Part shown: piece after piece, positions 29,792 to 38,852 of the stretch
Layout: every line of letters begins with the position of its first letter
How positions within the stretch are numbered: position 1 is the stretch's first letter
NCBI GenBank assembly: GCA_023418505.1
Contig: JAEZZR010000002.1
Coordinates: forward strand, 48,585-112,584
DNA length: 64,000 nucleotides
Reading direction: 5' to 3'
From: Actinomycetes bacterium
Lineage (GTDB): Bacteria > Actinomycetota > Actinomycetes > Mycobacteriales > Mycobacteriaceae
Position numbers and translations under genes: made by a program
Notes under the pieces: model-generated
What the model saw: only the letters and a program-made list of their open reading frames with translations
Database searches by the model: none
What the model was told of the DNA's origin: nothing

Positions 29792-31115
29792 CTTCCAACG
29801 TGACATCCACATTGCGGGCGTCCGCGCCGTAACGATCGGATACTGTCAGTGTGACAGTATCGCCCACTTTATGCGAGCGAATTGCCGCAATTAGTCCCAC
29901 TCCACTATCAATTGTTCGGCCATCCACCGCAGTAATCAGATCGCCTTCGCGCAAACCAGCTTGATCTGCTGGTCCTCCTGCCTGCACCTGACCAATCATC
30001 GCGCCCGGCTCTGTGCTTTGCACACTGACGTTAGCCAGGATTGCAGGCATGGTTACGGTACCGGTTTCAATCAGCTCGTCAGCGATACGCCGCGCCTGTT
30101 CAATCGGAATGGCAAATCCAAGACCGATTGAACCTGCTTCCGATTCAGAGCTATTCGACGCAATAACACTCGGCACACCAATCAGGTGGCCTTCCATATC
30201 CACCAGCGCGCCACCAGAGTTGCCGGGGTTAATTGCAGCGTCAGTCTGAATCGCGTCGATAAATGCGGTTGCTTCGCCACGGCCTGCTACCACTGGGCGG
30301 TTCTTCGCAGAGACAATGCCCGTAGTCACAGTAGAGCTCAGCCCCAATGGCGAACCGATCGCTACCACTTCCTGGCCTACCTGGAGATTCTCAGAGGTGC
30401 CCAACGAAATCGGAGTGAGATCCGAAACGCCTTCAATACGAATCACAGCGATATCGGTAGCGGCATCGCCGGCAACCAGGGTGGCCGCGTGGCGAGTTCC
30501 GTCGCTAAGCAACACCTGCATCTGCGCGTTCGGATCGGCAGCAGCGGCGACCACGTGATTATTGGTGAGCACCAACCCGTCCGAAGACAGGATCGAGCCC
30601 GAACCCGAATAACCCGCGGTAGGAGTGGTGACCTGGATGGAGACCACGGAAGGCAAGACCTTCTCGGCGACTTCGGCGACCGAGCCTTCTGGAATTGCGG
30701 CAGCTTCGGCACCTGGTTCGTCCAAGGCATTGCGCTGCTCGCCGGAGGTGCGCACCGAAGACGTAGAAGAATCATTGCTTGACGACGCCAAGTACACGCC
30801 AGCACCACCAGCGACACCGCCGACTACGGCACCGGCGAGCACCAAAGCAGAAATCGCAAGCATGCTTACTTTACGTCCGCCAGAGTGCTGGGCTTGTTGG
30901 GACTCGGGGGTAGCCTGAGGAGCAGCGAATTGCTGTGGTTCGGCTTTTGGCGCGGCATGTGGTTCGGCATCAGGGTTCGTGTAGAACTCCTGCGTTGACT
31001 CGGTGGACGACCACTGCGGCTGGGCGCCCTGCTGAGCGCCCTGCGGATTGTTCGGCTGATCGCCACCTTGCGGCTGATACGGGGAATTTGGCATGCCACC
31101 CACTGTGCCTGACAT
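29781..31115 (-). CDS. HtrA/PepD-like trypsin-family serine protease with PDZ domain
   Basis: 444 aa. P/Q-rich N-terminus, one TM segment, catalytic TNNHV, D(A)TDIAV and GNSGGAL motifs, and a C-terminal PDZ domain. Confidence 0.9.
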   Translation of the reverse strand: MSGTVGGMPNSPYQPQGGDQPNNPQGAQQGAQPQWSSTESTQEFYTNPDAEPHAAPKAEPQQFAAPQATPESQQAQHSGGRKVSMLAISALVLAGAVVGGVAGGAGVYLASSSNDSSTSSVRTSGEQRNALDEPGAEAAAIPEGSVAEVAEKVLPSVVSIQVTTPTAGYSGSGSILSSDGLVLTNNHVVAAAADPNAQMQVLLSDGTRHAATLVAGDAATDIAVIRIEGVSDLTPISLGTSENLQVGQEVVAIGSPLGLSSTVTTGIVSAKNRPVVAGRGEATAFIDAIQTDAAINPGNSGGALVDMEGHLIGVPSVIASNSSESEAGSIGLGFAIPIEQARRIADELIETGTVTMPAILANVSVQSTEPGAMIGQVQAGGPADQAGLREGDLITAVDGRTIDSGVGLIAAIRSHKVGDTVTLTVSDRYGADARNVDVTLEAAN

Positions 31116-31192
31116 CGCTGTTAAATAGATAAGAAGCTGCTGGAACTTTCCTCAATTATCTCGAATAATTAGCCCGGCAATTTCTGCGCGCT

Positions 31193-32674
31193 TTAAGTGA
31201 GATTATTATCTTCTAATAAATGTGGTGCCGGCTGGCCAGGAAGGCGAACTCGCAGTTGAGCGCCGCCATCGTCGGATTCTTGCACCACGATCGTGCCCCC
31301 ATTGCGCACAATAACTTGCTTAACAATCGCCAAACCAAGGCCCGAACCCGGCATGGAACGCGACTGAATCGAACGGTAGAAACGCTCGAAGACTTTTTCG
31401 CGATCGGCTTCCGGAATGCCCGGACCCGAATCGGCCACAATAAATTCGGCAATGCCGGCGCTTTCTTCATCTGCGCGCAAGCGCACTCGCACCACGCCAT
31501 TTTCTGGCGACCACTTTGCCGCATTATCCAGCAGATTCAGCACTGCCCTACCCAACGCTGCCGGATCACCGTAGAGGTACCAGGGCTGCAACTCCGTATC
31601 GAATTCCACATCAGGACGGCGACGGCGGGCGCGCTCTAGAGAGGTATCGATGACTTCGCGCAGATCCACTTCCTCAATCACCTGCTGCGGGCCGTCCTCG
31701 CGCGCCAGATCGACTAGATCGCCCACCAAGGTGGAGAGTTCCTCGATCTGTGCGATCACATCTGCTTCTAAGTCTTGGAGATCTTGCTCCGAGATCGAAC
31801 CTGAAGGCGAACGCGACGCCATCATCAACAACTCGATGTTTGTGCGCAACGACGTCAGTGGCGTCTTTAGCTCGTGCCCTGCATCTGCAACGAGTTCCGA
31901 TTGCTTACGACGCGAGGCCGCCAAAGCCACCACCATGGCATTGAAGCTTCGGGTGAGGTTGGCTAATTCGTCGTCACCTTCGACTGGAAGCTGGCGCAAT
32001 TCATCCGTTTCTGCAATGCGATCAGCTGCCCTGCGCAGCCGTGCCACCGGTGTTAAACCGGCTGTGGCCACCGTGATACCGGCGCCGATGGCGAACAGCA
32101 CGCCGAACGCCGAAATAATAATCAGCACAAAGGCCAGTGATTGCAGGATCGCCTGCGTCGAGCTCAAATCTTGTGCCAGCACCAGCGTGGCACCAGAAGG
32201 ATCGTGCACAGCATAGATGCGACGGCGATTTTCCTCGTCGGTACGGAACGAATCCGGACGATAGCCACGTAACACGGCAAGCTCAGGCCCGCCGATAGTA
32301 ATGGAGTCACCTTTGCCAGTCACGCTGCCCTGGCCGAAGTACATCGCATCCAAGTCCGGGTTCAGGATCTTCAACCGATCCGAAGTAATCACCGGTTCAA
32401 TGGCGAATTCGGAGGCATACGGCGAATTGAGCAGCTGATTAGCTTGGTTCGCCAGGTTTTCATCGACCTCGCGATACAGCGTGGCCTGCACAGTGATGTA
32501 GGCGACCATGGTGAGCAAACCCACGGTAAACGCCACAATCAGTGCAGTAAGAGTGGTCAGCCGCCACCGCAGCGTAACGATACGCAGCCTGCGGAAGAAC
32601 ATATTGTCCAAGAAGCTGGACTTTTCTTCCTGCATATCGAATTCAGGAACATCGACCTTCGCTACGTCTGACAC
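31193..32674 (-). CDS. Two-component sensor histidine kinase (MprB-like; HAMP + HisKA + HATPase_c)
   Basis: 493 aa. Two TM segments, H-box ADAGHELKTPLT, N-box LDNAAKW and G-boxes DSGPGI/GSGLGLAI. Confidence 0.9.
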   Translation of the reverse strand: MSDVAKVDVPEFDMQEEKSSFLDNMFFRRLRIVTLRWRLTTLTALIVAFTVGLLTMVAYITVQATLYREVDENLANQANQLLNSPYASEFAIEPVITSDRLKILNPDLDAMYFGQGSVTGKGDSITIGGPELAVLRGYRPDSFRTDEENRRRIYAVHDPSGATLVLAQDLSSTQAILQSLAFVLIIISAFGVLFAIGAGITVATAGLTPVARLRRAADRIAETDELRQLPVEGDDELANLTRSFNAMVVALAASRRKQSELVADAGHELKTPLTSLRTNIELLMMASRSPSGSISEQDLQDLEADVIAQIEELSTLVGDLVDLAREDGPQQVIEEVDLREVIDTSLERARRRRPDVEFDTELQPWYLYGDPAALGRAVLNLLDNAAKWSPENGVVRVRLRADEESAGIAEFIVADSGPGIPEADREKVFERFYRSIQSRSMPGSGLGLAIVKQVIVRNGGTIVVQESDDGGAQLRVRLPGQPAPHLLEDNNLT

Positions 32675-32750
32675 AGTGTCATCCTAGGCGCGCTACTAGG
32701 CCAGATTGAAACTGGCCTACGCCGTGCCCATAAGTTTTACGGCCACAGAT

Positions 32751-33443
32751 TTACGGCGCAGTCTCACGCAACACATAGCCCACACCGCGCACCGTGTGGA
32801 TCAAACGGGTCTCGCCACCCTGCTCGGTCTTGCGACGCAAGTAGCCGATGTAGACCTCAAGCGCGTTGCCCGAGGTTGGGAAGTCATAACCCCATACGTC
32901 TTCCAAAATCGCATTGCGCGACAGCACGCGACGCGGATTGCTCATCAACAATTCCAAAAGCGCGAACTCGGTACGAGTTAGGCTGATCCGTCGCGAGCCA
33001 CGGTGTACCTCGCGGGTTTCTGGATCCAAGGTGAGATCTTCAAAAGTCAGCTGCGCTTCGTCGCCTAAAGCAGTCGGCTCCAGAGCCGCACGACGCAACA
33101 ACGAACGAACGCGGGCAAGCAGCTCTTCCAAAGCAAATGGCTTCGGCAGGTAGTCATCAGCACCGGCGTCCAATCCGGCAACGCGCTCCGAGACGGAATC
33201 GCGCGCCGTCAGCATCAACACCGGCAGATCATCGCCTTCACTACGCAAACGACGGCACACGTCCAAACCATCCAACTTCGGCATCATCACATCCAAGATG
33301 GCCAAATCCGGACGATCCTCTTCGATGCGAGCGAGCACCTCTGCTCCGTCGCTAGCTAGCTCCACCGAATAACCGTTGAACGAAAGCGACCGACGCAGGG
33401 ATTCGCGAACCGCCTGATCGTCGTCGACTACCAAAATTTTCAT
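32751..33443 (-). CDS. OmpR-family response regulator (MprA-like)
   Basis: Start trimmed to MKILVVDDD (ATG 33443). Receiver Asp in LAILDVMMP. Winged-helix C-terminus [10 protein letters not shown]. Confidence 0.92.
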   Translation of the reverse strand: MKILVVDDDQAVRESLRRSLSFNGYSVELASDGAEVLARIEEDRPDLAILDVMMPKLDGLDVCRRLRSEGDDLPVLMLTARDSVSERVAGLDAGADDYLPKPFALEELLARVRSLLRRAALEPTALGDEAQLTFEDLTLDPETREVHRGSRRISLTRTEFALLELLMSNPRRVLSRNAILEDVWGYDFPTSGNALEVYIGYLRRKTEQGGETRLIHTVRGVGYVLRETAP

Positions 33444-33460
33444 ACCCACCATTGTGCACA

Positions 33461-33501
33461 ACAAAACCCCCGCCTGCCCGGAACACCCAAGCAGACGGGG
33501 G
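33461..33501 (-). terminator. Rho-independent terminator downstream of rpmF
   Basis: On the minus strand: CCCCCGTCTGC-loop-GCAGGCGGGGG (11-bp stem, one mismatch) followed by TTTTGTTGT. It ends about 20 nt before the response-regulator ATG. Confidence 0.7.
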
Positions 33502-33529
33502 TAGAAAATATTGAGAAAACTCTAAGTGA

Positions 33530-33703
33530 TTAGAACTTTTCTACGTCTACCAAGCCAAGCTTTGCAGCCTTGACCAGACGACGTGGAACGCGAACAACCT
33601 CACCGTTGATCTTCACTTCCTGGAGGGCGACATTGTCAGCCTTCCACTGCGAACGACGGAGACGGGTGTTGGCACGCGACATGCGGCGCTTTGGAACTGC
33701 CAT
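33530..33703 (-). CDS. rpmF: 50S ribosomal protein L32 (Cys-less form)
   Basis: 57 aa, below the ORF-track cutoff. Manual translation: [57 protein letters not shown]. Strong SD AAGGAGGG upstream. Confidence 0.9.
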   Translation of the reverse strand: MAVPKRRMSRANTRLRRSQWKADNVALQEVKINGEVVRVPRRLVKAAKLGLVDVEKF

Positions 33704-33721
33704 TGTGGAAAACCCTCCTTC

Positions 33722-33985
33722 TTACTTCTTGGAGCGACGTAGGCGGTTGCCGTAACGACGCTGGAACTTCTCGACGCGACCAGCGGTATCCATCACGCGC
33801 TGTGCACCAGTCCAGAATGGGTGCGATTCGCTAGTAACGTCAACCACGATCAATGGGTACTCTTTGCCGTCTTCCCACTCAACGGTGCGCTCGGAAGTAG
33901 CAGTAGAGCGGGTCAAGAACTGGTGACCCGTGCTTGCGTCCTTGAATACCACTGGGTGGTAGTCAGGGTGGATGTCCTTCTTCAT
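33722..33985 (-). CDS. rpmE2: 50S ribosomal protein L31 type B (zinc-independent paralogue)
   Basis: 87 aa. [16 protein letters not shown] start, no CxxC motif, and the extended C-terminus typical of type B. Confidence 0.93.
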   Translation of the reverse strand: MKKDIHPDYHPVVFKDASTGHQFLTRSTATSERTVEWEDGKEYPLIVVDVTSESHPFWTGAQRVMDTAGRVEKFQRRYGNRLRRSKK

Positions 33986-34338
33986 TAACTCTCGTTTCCC
34001 TCAGGATTGAAACTTCGGGTCGCTTCCTGGACGATTATTATTGCTTTGCGTTTTCGCTTACGCGGGTATCGCATGCAGCCCAGAATCGTGCCCGAGTTGG
34101 GTAACAGATTGCGAGACAACAATACAGCCCACAAGGCTTAATGCCTAATCTAATACTGTTTCCCCTACTGTTTGCTGCGGGGATTAGCAATTTCAGGGGC
34201 GTACCTGTATGCTCGACAGTCGCTGTTGTCTATTTATTCGTTAGAGTTTGCATTCAACACTGCAGCAACCCGCGGATCGATAGATGCCACGCATCGCAAG
34301 AAGAGTAACTGCCACGAAGGTAGTTGCTAGTAAGAGCC

Positions 34339-34364
34339 AAAAGCCCAGTGGGCTTTTTTCTTTT
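34339..34364 (+). terminator. Terminator-like hairpin (AAAAGCCC-AGT-GGGCTTTT + TTCTTTT) inside the rpmE2/rpmB spacer
   Basis: 8-bp stem with a T-rich tail on the plus strand and an A-tract upstream (potentially bidirectional). No annotated gene ends here. Confidence 0.45.
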
Positions 34365-34439
34365 GCAGGCAGCCGAAGGCAGTTACCACGATGCTTGGAT
34401 ATCTAACGGTCCCCAACTGGGGCGCGATATGCGTCGTTA

Positions 34440-34453
34440 GCAGTTGCAACTGC
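34440..34453. promoter_or_regulatory. Perfect 14-bp palindrome GCAGTTGCAACTGC, 40 nt upstream of the rpmB start
   Basis: Read directly from the sequence. Candidate operator or 5'-UTR hairpin. It does not resemble the A/T-rich Zur boxes I recall. Confidence 0.3.
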
Positions 34454-34492
34454 CTTGCTGGGTGCAGACCACTAGGAAGCAAAGGAAATCCC

Positions 34493-34729
34493 ATGTCGGC
34501 GATTTGCCAGGTCACGGGACGGAAGCCGTCGTTCGGCAAGTCCGTATCCCACTCGCACCGGCGTACCTCGCGCCGTTGGAACCCCAACGTGCAGCGTAAG
34601 AAGTTCTACCTCGCATCTGAAGGTCGCACTATCACCCTGAACGTTTCTCCAAAGGGTTTGAAGACCATCGACAAGCTCGGTATCGAAGCTGTAGTTGCTC
34701 AGATCCGCGCACGTGGGGAGAAGATCTAA
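34493..34729 (+). CDS. rpmB: 50S ribosomal protein L28
   Basis: Start trimmed to [25 protein letters not shown] (ATG 34493). 78 aa. Confidence 0.93.
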   Translation: MSAICQVTGRKPSFGKSVSHSHRRTSRRWNPNVQRKKFYLASEGRTITLNVSPKGLKTIDKLGIEAVVAQIRARGEKI

Positions 34730-34894
34730 ATGGCACGTAACGATATTCGTCCAATCATCAAGCTTAAGTCGACCGCTGGCACTGGTTACACCTATGTCAC
34801 GCGTAAGAACAAGCGGAACACTCCAGATCGCATCACCATCAAGAAGTACGATCCAGTAGTCCGCAAGCACGTCGAATTCCGCGAGGAGCGCTAA
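34730..34894 (+). CDS. rpmG: 50S ribosomal protein L33 (Cys-less form)
   Basis: 54 aa, below the ORF-track cutoff. Manual translation: [54 protein letters not shown]. The ATG immediately follows the rpmB TAA. Confidence 0.9.
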   Translation: MARNDIRPIIKLKSTAGTGYTYVTRKNKRNTPDRITIKKYDPVVRKHVEFREER

Positions 34895-34897
34895 TTC

Positions 34898-35203
34898 ATG
34901 GCCAAGAAATCTAAGATTGCCAAGAACGAGCAGCGCAAAGAAATCGTCGCTCGTTACGCAGAGCGTCGCGCTGAACTCAAGCGCATCATCAAGTCCCCTA
35001 ACAGCACCGACGAAGAGCGGATGGATGCACAGTACGAGCTGAACCGTCAGCCTCGTAACGCTTCCCCAGTTCGCGTTCGTAACCGTGACGCAGCCGATGG
35101 CCGCCCACGTGGTTACCTCCGCAAGTTCGGTTTGTCCCGTGTTCGCATGCGTGAAATGGCTCACCGTGGCGAACTTCCGGGTGTACGTAAGTCCAGCTGG
35201 TAA
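34898..35203 (+). CDS. rpsN: 30S ribosomal protein S14 (long, Cys-less form)
   Basis: 101 aa. [20 protein letters not shown]...[11 protein letters not shown]. Confidence 0.95.
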   Translation: MAKKSKIAKNEQRKEIVARYAERRAELKRIIKSPNSTDEERMDAQYELNRQPRNASPVRVRNRDAADGRPRGYLRKFGLSRVRMREMAHRGELPGVRKSSW

Positions 35204-35215
35204 GGAAGGCACCTC

Positions 35216-35467
35216 ATGAAGCGCAATCAGAAGAATTCCAAGGCGCGGATGGAGCAGACCCGCCGCCCGAAGAAGAACCCACTCAAGGCCGCTGGCGTTG
35301 AGAAGGTTGACTACAAGGACATTAACTTGCTGCGTCAGTTCATCTCTGACCGTGGCAAGATCCGCTCTCGTCGCGTGACGGGCTTGACCCCACAGCAGCA
35401 GCGTCAGGTTGCTACTGCAGTCAAGAACGCCCGCGAGATGGCTTTGCTGCCATTCACCAGCCGCTAA
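35216..35467 (+). CDS. rpsR: 30S ribosomal protein S18 (probable second, Cys-less copy)
   Basis: 83 aa. [50 protein letters not shown]. Confidence 0.93.
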   Translation: MKRNQKNSKARMEQTRRPKKNPLKAAGVEKVDYKDINLLRQFISDRGKIRSRRVTGLTPQQQRQVATAVKNAREMALLPFTSR

Positions 35468-35493
35468 TTTGGCTCTCCCGCTGATTTGGCGCT
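35463..35493. repeat. Two copies GCTRATTTGGCNCT, 17 bp apart, spanning the rpsR stop
   Basis: GCTAATTTGGCTCT (contains the TAA stop) and GCTGATTTGGCGCT. Confidence 0.75.
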
Positions 35494-35537
35494 GGCTCGC
35501 ATGACGAACATGTGACGACAGCGTGAAACTTTTCACA

Positions 35538-35572
35538 AACCACATCCACCACCTCGGTGGGTGTGGTTTTTT
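35538..35572 (+). terminator. Rho-independent terminator of the rpmB-rpmG-rpsN-rpsR operon
   Basis: AACCACATCCACC-ACCTC-GGTGGGTGTGGTT (13-bp stem with one G-U pair) followed by TTTT. Confidence 0.8.
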
Positions 35573-35619
35573 AATGTATATACCCATAACTGCCGGGGCG
35601 CTTACTAGAGAGATTTCTT

Positions 35620-36834
35620 ATGGCTTTACGACGCTGCTTATCCGCACCCTTGATCGCGCTAGTGGCAATGATTGCATTGCTCGGGATATTGGTGGCGGGG
35701 TGTGGTAGCGGCGGGGATGACGGTGGAAACGGGAACAGCGCTGGTAATGCAAGCGATGCTGCAAATGCCCACACGATCGAGGACGTCGCCGGACGGGAGG
35801 TGTCCGTGCCAGAGCAGATCGAGCGCGTAATCCTCGGCGAAGGCCGAGCTGTGTTTGCTACTGCGGTGCTCAATCCTGATGATCCTTTCCAGCACGTCGT
35901 AGGCGTAGGCAGCGATCTGCACGAAGCTGCACCCACGTTCGAAGAACAAGTACTCGAAGTAGCGCCACATGGCAGCGATATCGCCGTAGTTGGCAACTTC
36001 GGCAAGGGTGATGTGACGGTAGAAAACCTTCTCTCCCTGGATCCCGATGTATTGGTGCTCACGCTCGACCACCGGGATACTCTGGCCGATACTGGCTTCT
36101 TAACTCAGCTGGATTCTGTGGACATTCCCTATGTGTTTATCGATTTTCGCCAAGACCCCATCGCCAATACGCCTAAATCTGCGGAACTGTTAGGCAAGCT
36201 TTTTGGCGCGGAAGAGCGCGCTGCCGATTTCGCTGGCTATTACGAAAACCAAGTATCCCAAGTGACTGATCGATTGGCTCAGCTGGAAGATCCTGCCGCT
36301 GAGAAACCAGAGGTCTTCCTGTGGCGTGCCGCTGGCATGATGGATTGCTGCTCCACGATGAAGGATGTGAATCTGGGTAACCTGCTTACCGTTGCTGGTG
36401 GCCGCAATATGGGCGACGAGCTACTGGATACCGAATTCGGCCAGATCACTCCAGAAAAACTCATCTCGATTCAGCCGGAGCAAATCATTGTTACTGGTGG
36501 TGCCTGGGCAACGGATAATGATCAGCCAACGTCTTACGTACCACTGGGCTACAACGCCACACAGGATAAGGCCGAAGCAGGTTTGGCAGGTTTGCTGGAA
36601 ACTCCTGGGTTTTCCGAGCTGACCGCTCCAGCGTCGGGAGGCTTCCATGCCATCTACCACCAGTTCTATCACTCGCCATATAACTTCATAGCACTAGCGC
36701 AATACGCGAAATGGCTGCACCCCGAACTGTTCGCGGATCTAGATCCAGAGCAGATTTTCGTAGACTTCCACCAGCAGTGGTTGCCATTTGCATACTCTGG
36801 CACGTTTTTCGTAACCGATACTCCAGCCGAGTAA
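35620..36834 (+). CDS. ABC transporter substrate-binding lipoprotein (iron-chelate/cobalamin-type periplasmic binding fold)
   Basis: 404 aa. Signal peptide with lipobox LVAGC. Followed by a FecCD permease and an ATPase. Confidence 0.8.
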   Translation: MALRRCLSAPLIALVAMIALLGILVAGCGSGGDDGGNGNSAGNASDAANAHTIEDVAGREVSVPEQIERVILGEGRAVFATAVLNPDDPFQHVVGVGSDLHEAAPTFEEQVLEVAPHGSDIAVVGNFGKGDVTVENLLSLDPDVLVLTLDHRDTLADTGFLTQLDSVDIPYVFIDFRQDPIANTPKSAELLGKLFGAEERAADFAGYYENQVSQVTDRLAQLEDPAAEKPEVFLWRAAGMMDCCSTMKDVNLGNLLTVAGGRNMGDELLDTEFGQITPEKLISIQPEQIIVTGGAWATDNDQPTSYVPLGYNATQDKAEAGLAGLLETPGFSELTAPASGGFHAIYHQFYHSPYNFIALAQYAKWLHPELFADLDPEQIFVDFHQQWLPFAYSGTFFVTDTPAE

Positions 36835-36846
36835 GGTTCGCGATTC

Positions 36847-37917
36847 GTGGCTCAGAAGACAACTCGCGACGGCGTCGCTAGCTATCGCAGCCGCAGCAGA
36901 CGCAAGCTAGTTGCGATCGCAGTGCTGTGCTGTATGGCATTTGGCGCGTTCGTGGTGGCCACGATGGTAGGTCCCTTCACAATCCCCGGTGGCACCGTAA
37001 TCCGCGGGTTGTTTCAACCGGAAGCGCTCGATACCACCACCCGAACCGTGCTGTGGGAGCTGCGCTTTCCGATGTCCGTGATGGCAGTGCTGATCGGCGC
37101 ATCGCTGGCGCTGGCGGGCTGCCAGATGCAAACTATTTTGGACAATCCCCTGGCTGAACCTTTCACCCTCGGCGTATCTGCTGCAGCGGCCTGCGGTGGT
37201 GCAGCTGCCATTGTGCTGAATTGGCACTTGGTAGCCCAGCCACAATTCAATCTGAGCCTAATCGCCTGGCTCTCGTCCTTCTTAGCCGTAGCGATTATCG
37301 TCAGTGCTTCGATCTGGCGTGGTGCTGGTGCTGAATCGATGATTCTGCTTGGCATCGCATTGGTGTTTCTCTTCCAGGCGTTACTGGCACTGCTGCAATA
37401 TCGTGCTTCTCCGGAAGCTCTGCAGCAGATCATCTTCTGGACGATGGGATCACTCCAACGTGCCACGTGGACTGCGAATGGAATAATCCTGGCTGCACTG
37501 ATGATCGCGGTTCCGTTTACCTTTGCGATGTCCTGGCAACTCACTGCACTGCGCCTGGGATCGGAGCGTGCTGCTGCCCTGGGTATCAATGTCACGGCCT
37601 TACGCGTAATCACGATGGTGGTAGCAAGCCTGTTGGCCGCAACCGCCGTAGCTTTTGCGGGCATCATCGGTTTTATCGGCTTGGTGGCCCCGCACATTGC
37701 CCGGCTTTTAGTCGGCGAGGATCAGCGCTACTTTGCGCCGGCCTCGATGGCAGCAGGCGCTGCGGTGATGGCAATCGCACATGCCGTATCCATCACTGTG
37801 GTACCTGGTGTTGCCATTCCGATCGGCATTGTCACCGCGCTGGTCGGTGTGCCGTTCTTCGTCGTGTTAATTTTCTCCCGGCGCGGAAATCACAGCCGAG
37901 CTAGGCAGCAAGGTTAA
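36847..37917 (+). CDS. FecCD-family ABC transporter permease (iron chelate uptake type)
   Basis: 356 aa, GTG start, about 9-10 TM segments. LGINV...L and GIIGFIGLVAPHIARLLVG motifs are typical of FecCD/BtuC. Confidence 0.9.
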   Translation: MAQKTTRDGVASYRSRSRRKLVAIAVLCCMAFGAFVVATMVGPFTIPGGTVIRGLFQPEALDTTTRTVLWELRFPMSVMAVLIGASLALAGCQMQTILDNPLAEPFTLGVSAAAACGGAAAIVLNWHLVAQPQFNLSLIAWLSSFLAVAIIVSASIWRGAGAESMILLGIALVFLFQALLALLQYRASPEALQQIIFWTMGSLQRATWTANGIILAALMIAVPFTFAMSWQLTALRLGSERAAALGINVTALRVITMVVASLLAATAVAFAGIIGFIGLVAPHIARLLVGEDQRYFAPASMAAGAAVMAIAHAVSITVVPGVAIPIGIVTALVGVPFFVVLIFSRRGNHSRARQQG

Positions 37918-37928
37918 GGGGTGCACTC

Positions 37929-38774
37929 ATGCAGAATCATTCGAATCGACATTCCCGTGCGACCCCAGAGTCTGTTTCCTCCCCGGAGTCCGTCACCTTG
38001 AGTATCGACAATCTCACCGTCTCTTACGGCACGCGGAAGGTGCTCTCGAATGCGACGATTACTCCCGTGGAAACTGGAACTATTGCCGGCATCATCGGCC
38101 CGAATGCCACTGGTAAATCCACGTTGCTAAAAACTATTGCTGGGATTAAGAAAGCTGACGACGGAAAAGTCACCCTATCCGTCAACGGCCAGGCTCTCTC
38201 GTCGAAAGCGAAGAAAAGCGCGATCGGCTACGTGCCACAGGATTTTTTGTCTAGCGCTGCGCTCACCGCGTTCGAATCTGTGCTGATCGCGGCCCGGCGC
38301 CACACAAGCACGCACAACCGCCTCCTTCTCAGCATCGGCAAAGAACCCCTCCATGCCGTGGCAGCTGTCCTCGAGCGCCTCGGGATCACGCACCTCTCCG
38401 ATCGATATATCGGCGAACTATCCGGTGGCCAGCGCCAATTAATTGCTATCGCGCAGATGCTCGTGCGCCAGCCAGCGGTCATGCTGCTGGATGAACCAAC
38501 CTCAGCTTTGGATCTGCGCCACCAGGTGGAGCTACTGCAAACCATTCGCCACGAGGTTGCCACTCGGTCGTGCCTCGCGCTAGTCGCGATTCATGATCTG
38601 AATCTTGCGGCACGCTATTGCGATTATCTGATTGTGCTCAGTGGCCAGCACATCGCAGCCGAAGGCCGCCCGAAAGACATCATTTCCTCTGAATTGCTCG
38701 AGGAGGTCTACGGCTTCCGCGCCCGAGTTTTAGACGACCAGGGTACGCCGGTAGTGTCCCCCGTCGTAAGCTAA
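37929..38774 (+). CDS. ABC transporter ATP-binding protein (FecE/FhuC-like)
   Basis: 281 aa. Walker A GPNATGKST, signature LSGGQRQ, Walker B MLLDEPTSALD. Confidence 0.9.
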   Translation: MQNHSNRHSRATPESVSSPESVTLSIDNLTVSYGTRKVLSNATITPVETGTIAGIIGPNATGKSTLLKTIAGIKKADDGKVTLSVNGQALSSKAKKSAIGYVPQDFLSSAALTAFESVLIAARRHTSTHNRLLLSIGKEPLHAVAAVLERLGITHLSDRYIGELSGGQRQLIAIAQMLVRQPAVMLLDEPTSALDLRHQVELLQTIRHEVATRSCLALVAIHDLNLAARYCDYLIVLSGQHIAAEGRPKDIISSELLEEVYGFRARVLDDQGTPVVSPVVS

Positions 38775-38852
38775 ATCCACGTACCAACCTACCTACCAAC
38801 TCAAGTAACAACACTGCCCCATTACCATCCACACAGATTTGGAGAGCCCACC

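Noticed and set aside
32675-32750. Perfect 8-bp hairpin TAGGCCAG-ATTGAAA-CTGGCCTA between the response regulator and kinase genes, as an attenuator
   Set aside because: The stem is short and there is no T-tract. The hairpin could arise by chance, and nothing else supports a function.
33986-34492. Zur box, and a long-range 8-bp complementarity (34114-34121 with 34224-34231), in the ribosomal protein spacer
   Set aside because: No A/T-rich inverted repeat of Zur type was found by eye. An 8-bp complement within 500 nt is expected by chance, so it is not evidence for structure.
34472-35587. 371-aa ORF on the minus strand spanning the ribosomal protein operon
   Set aside because: It is antisense to four unmistakable ribosomal protein genes (rpmB, rpmG, rpsN, rpsR). 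Its composition is that of a frame shadow, with no recognisable domains and no start context.
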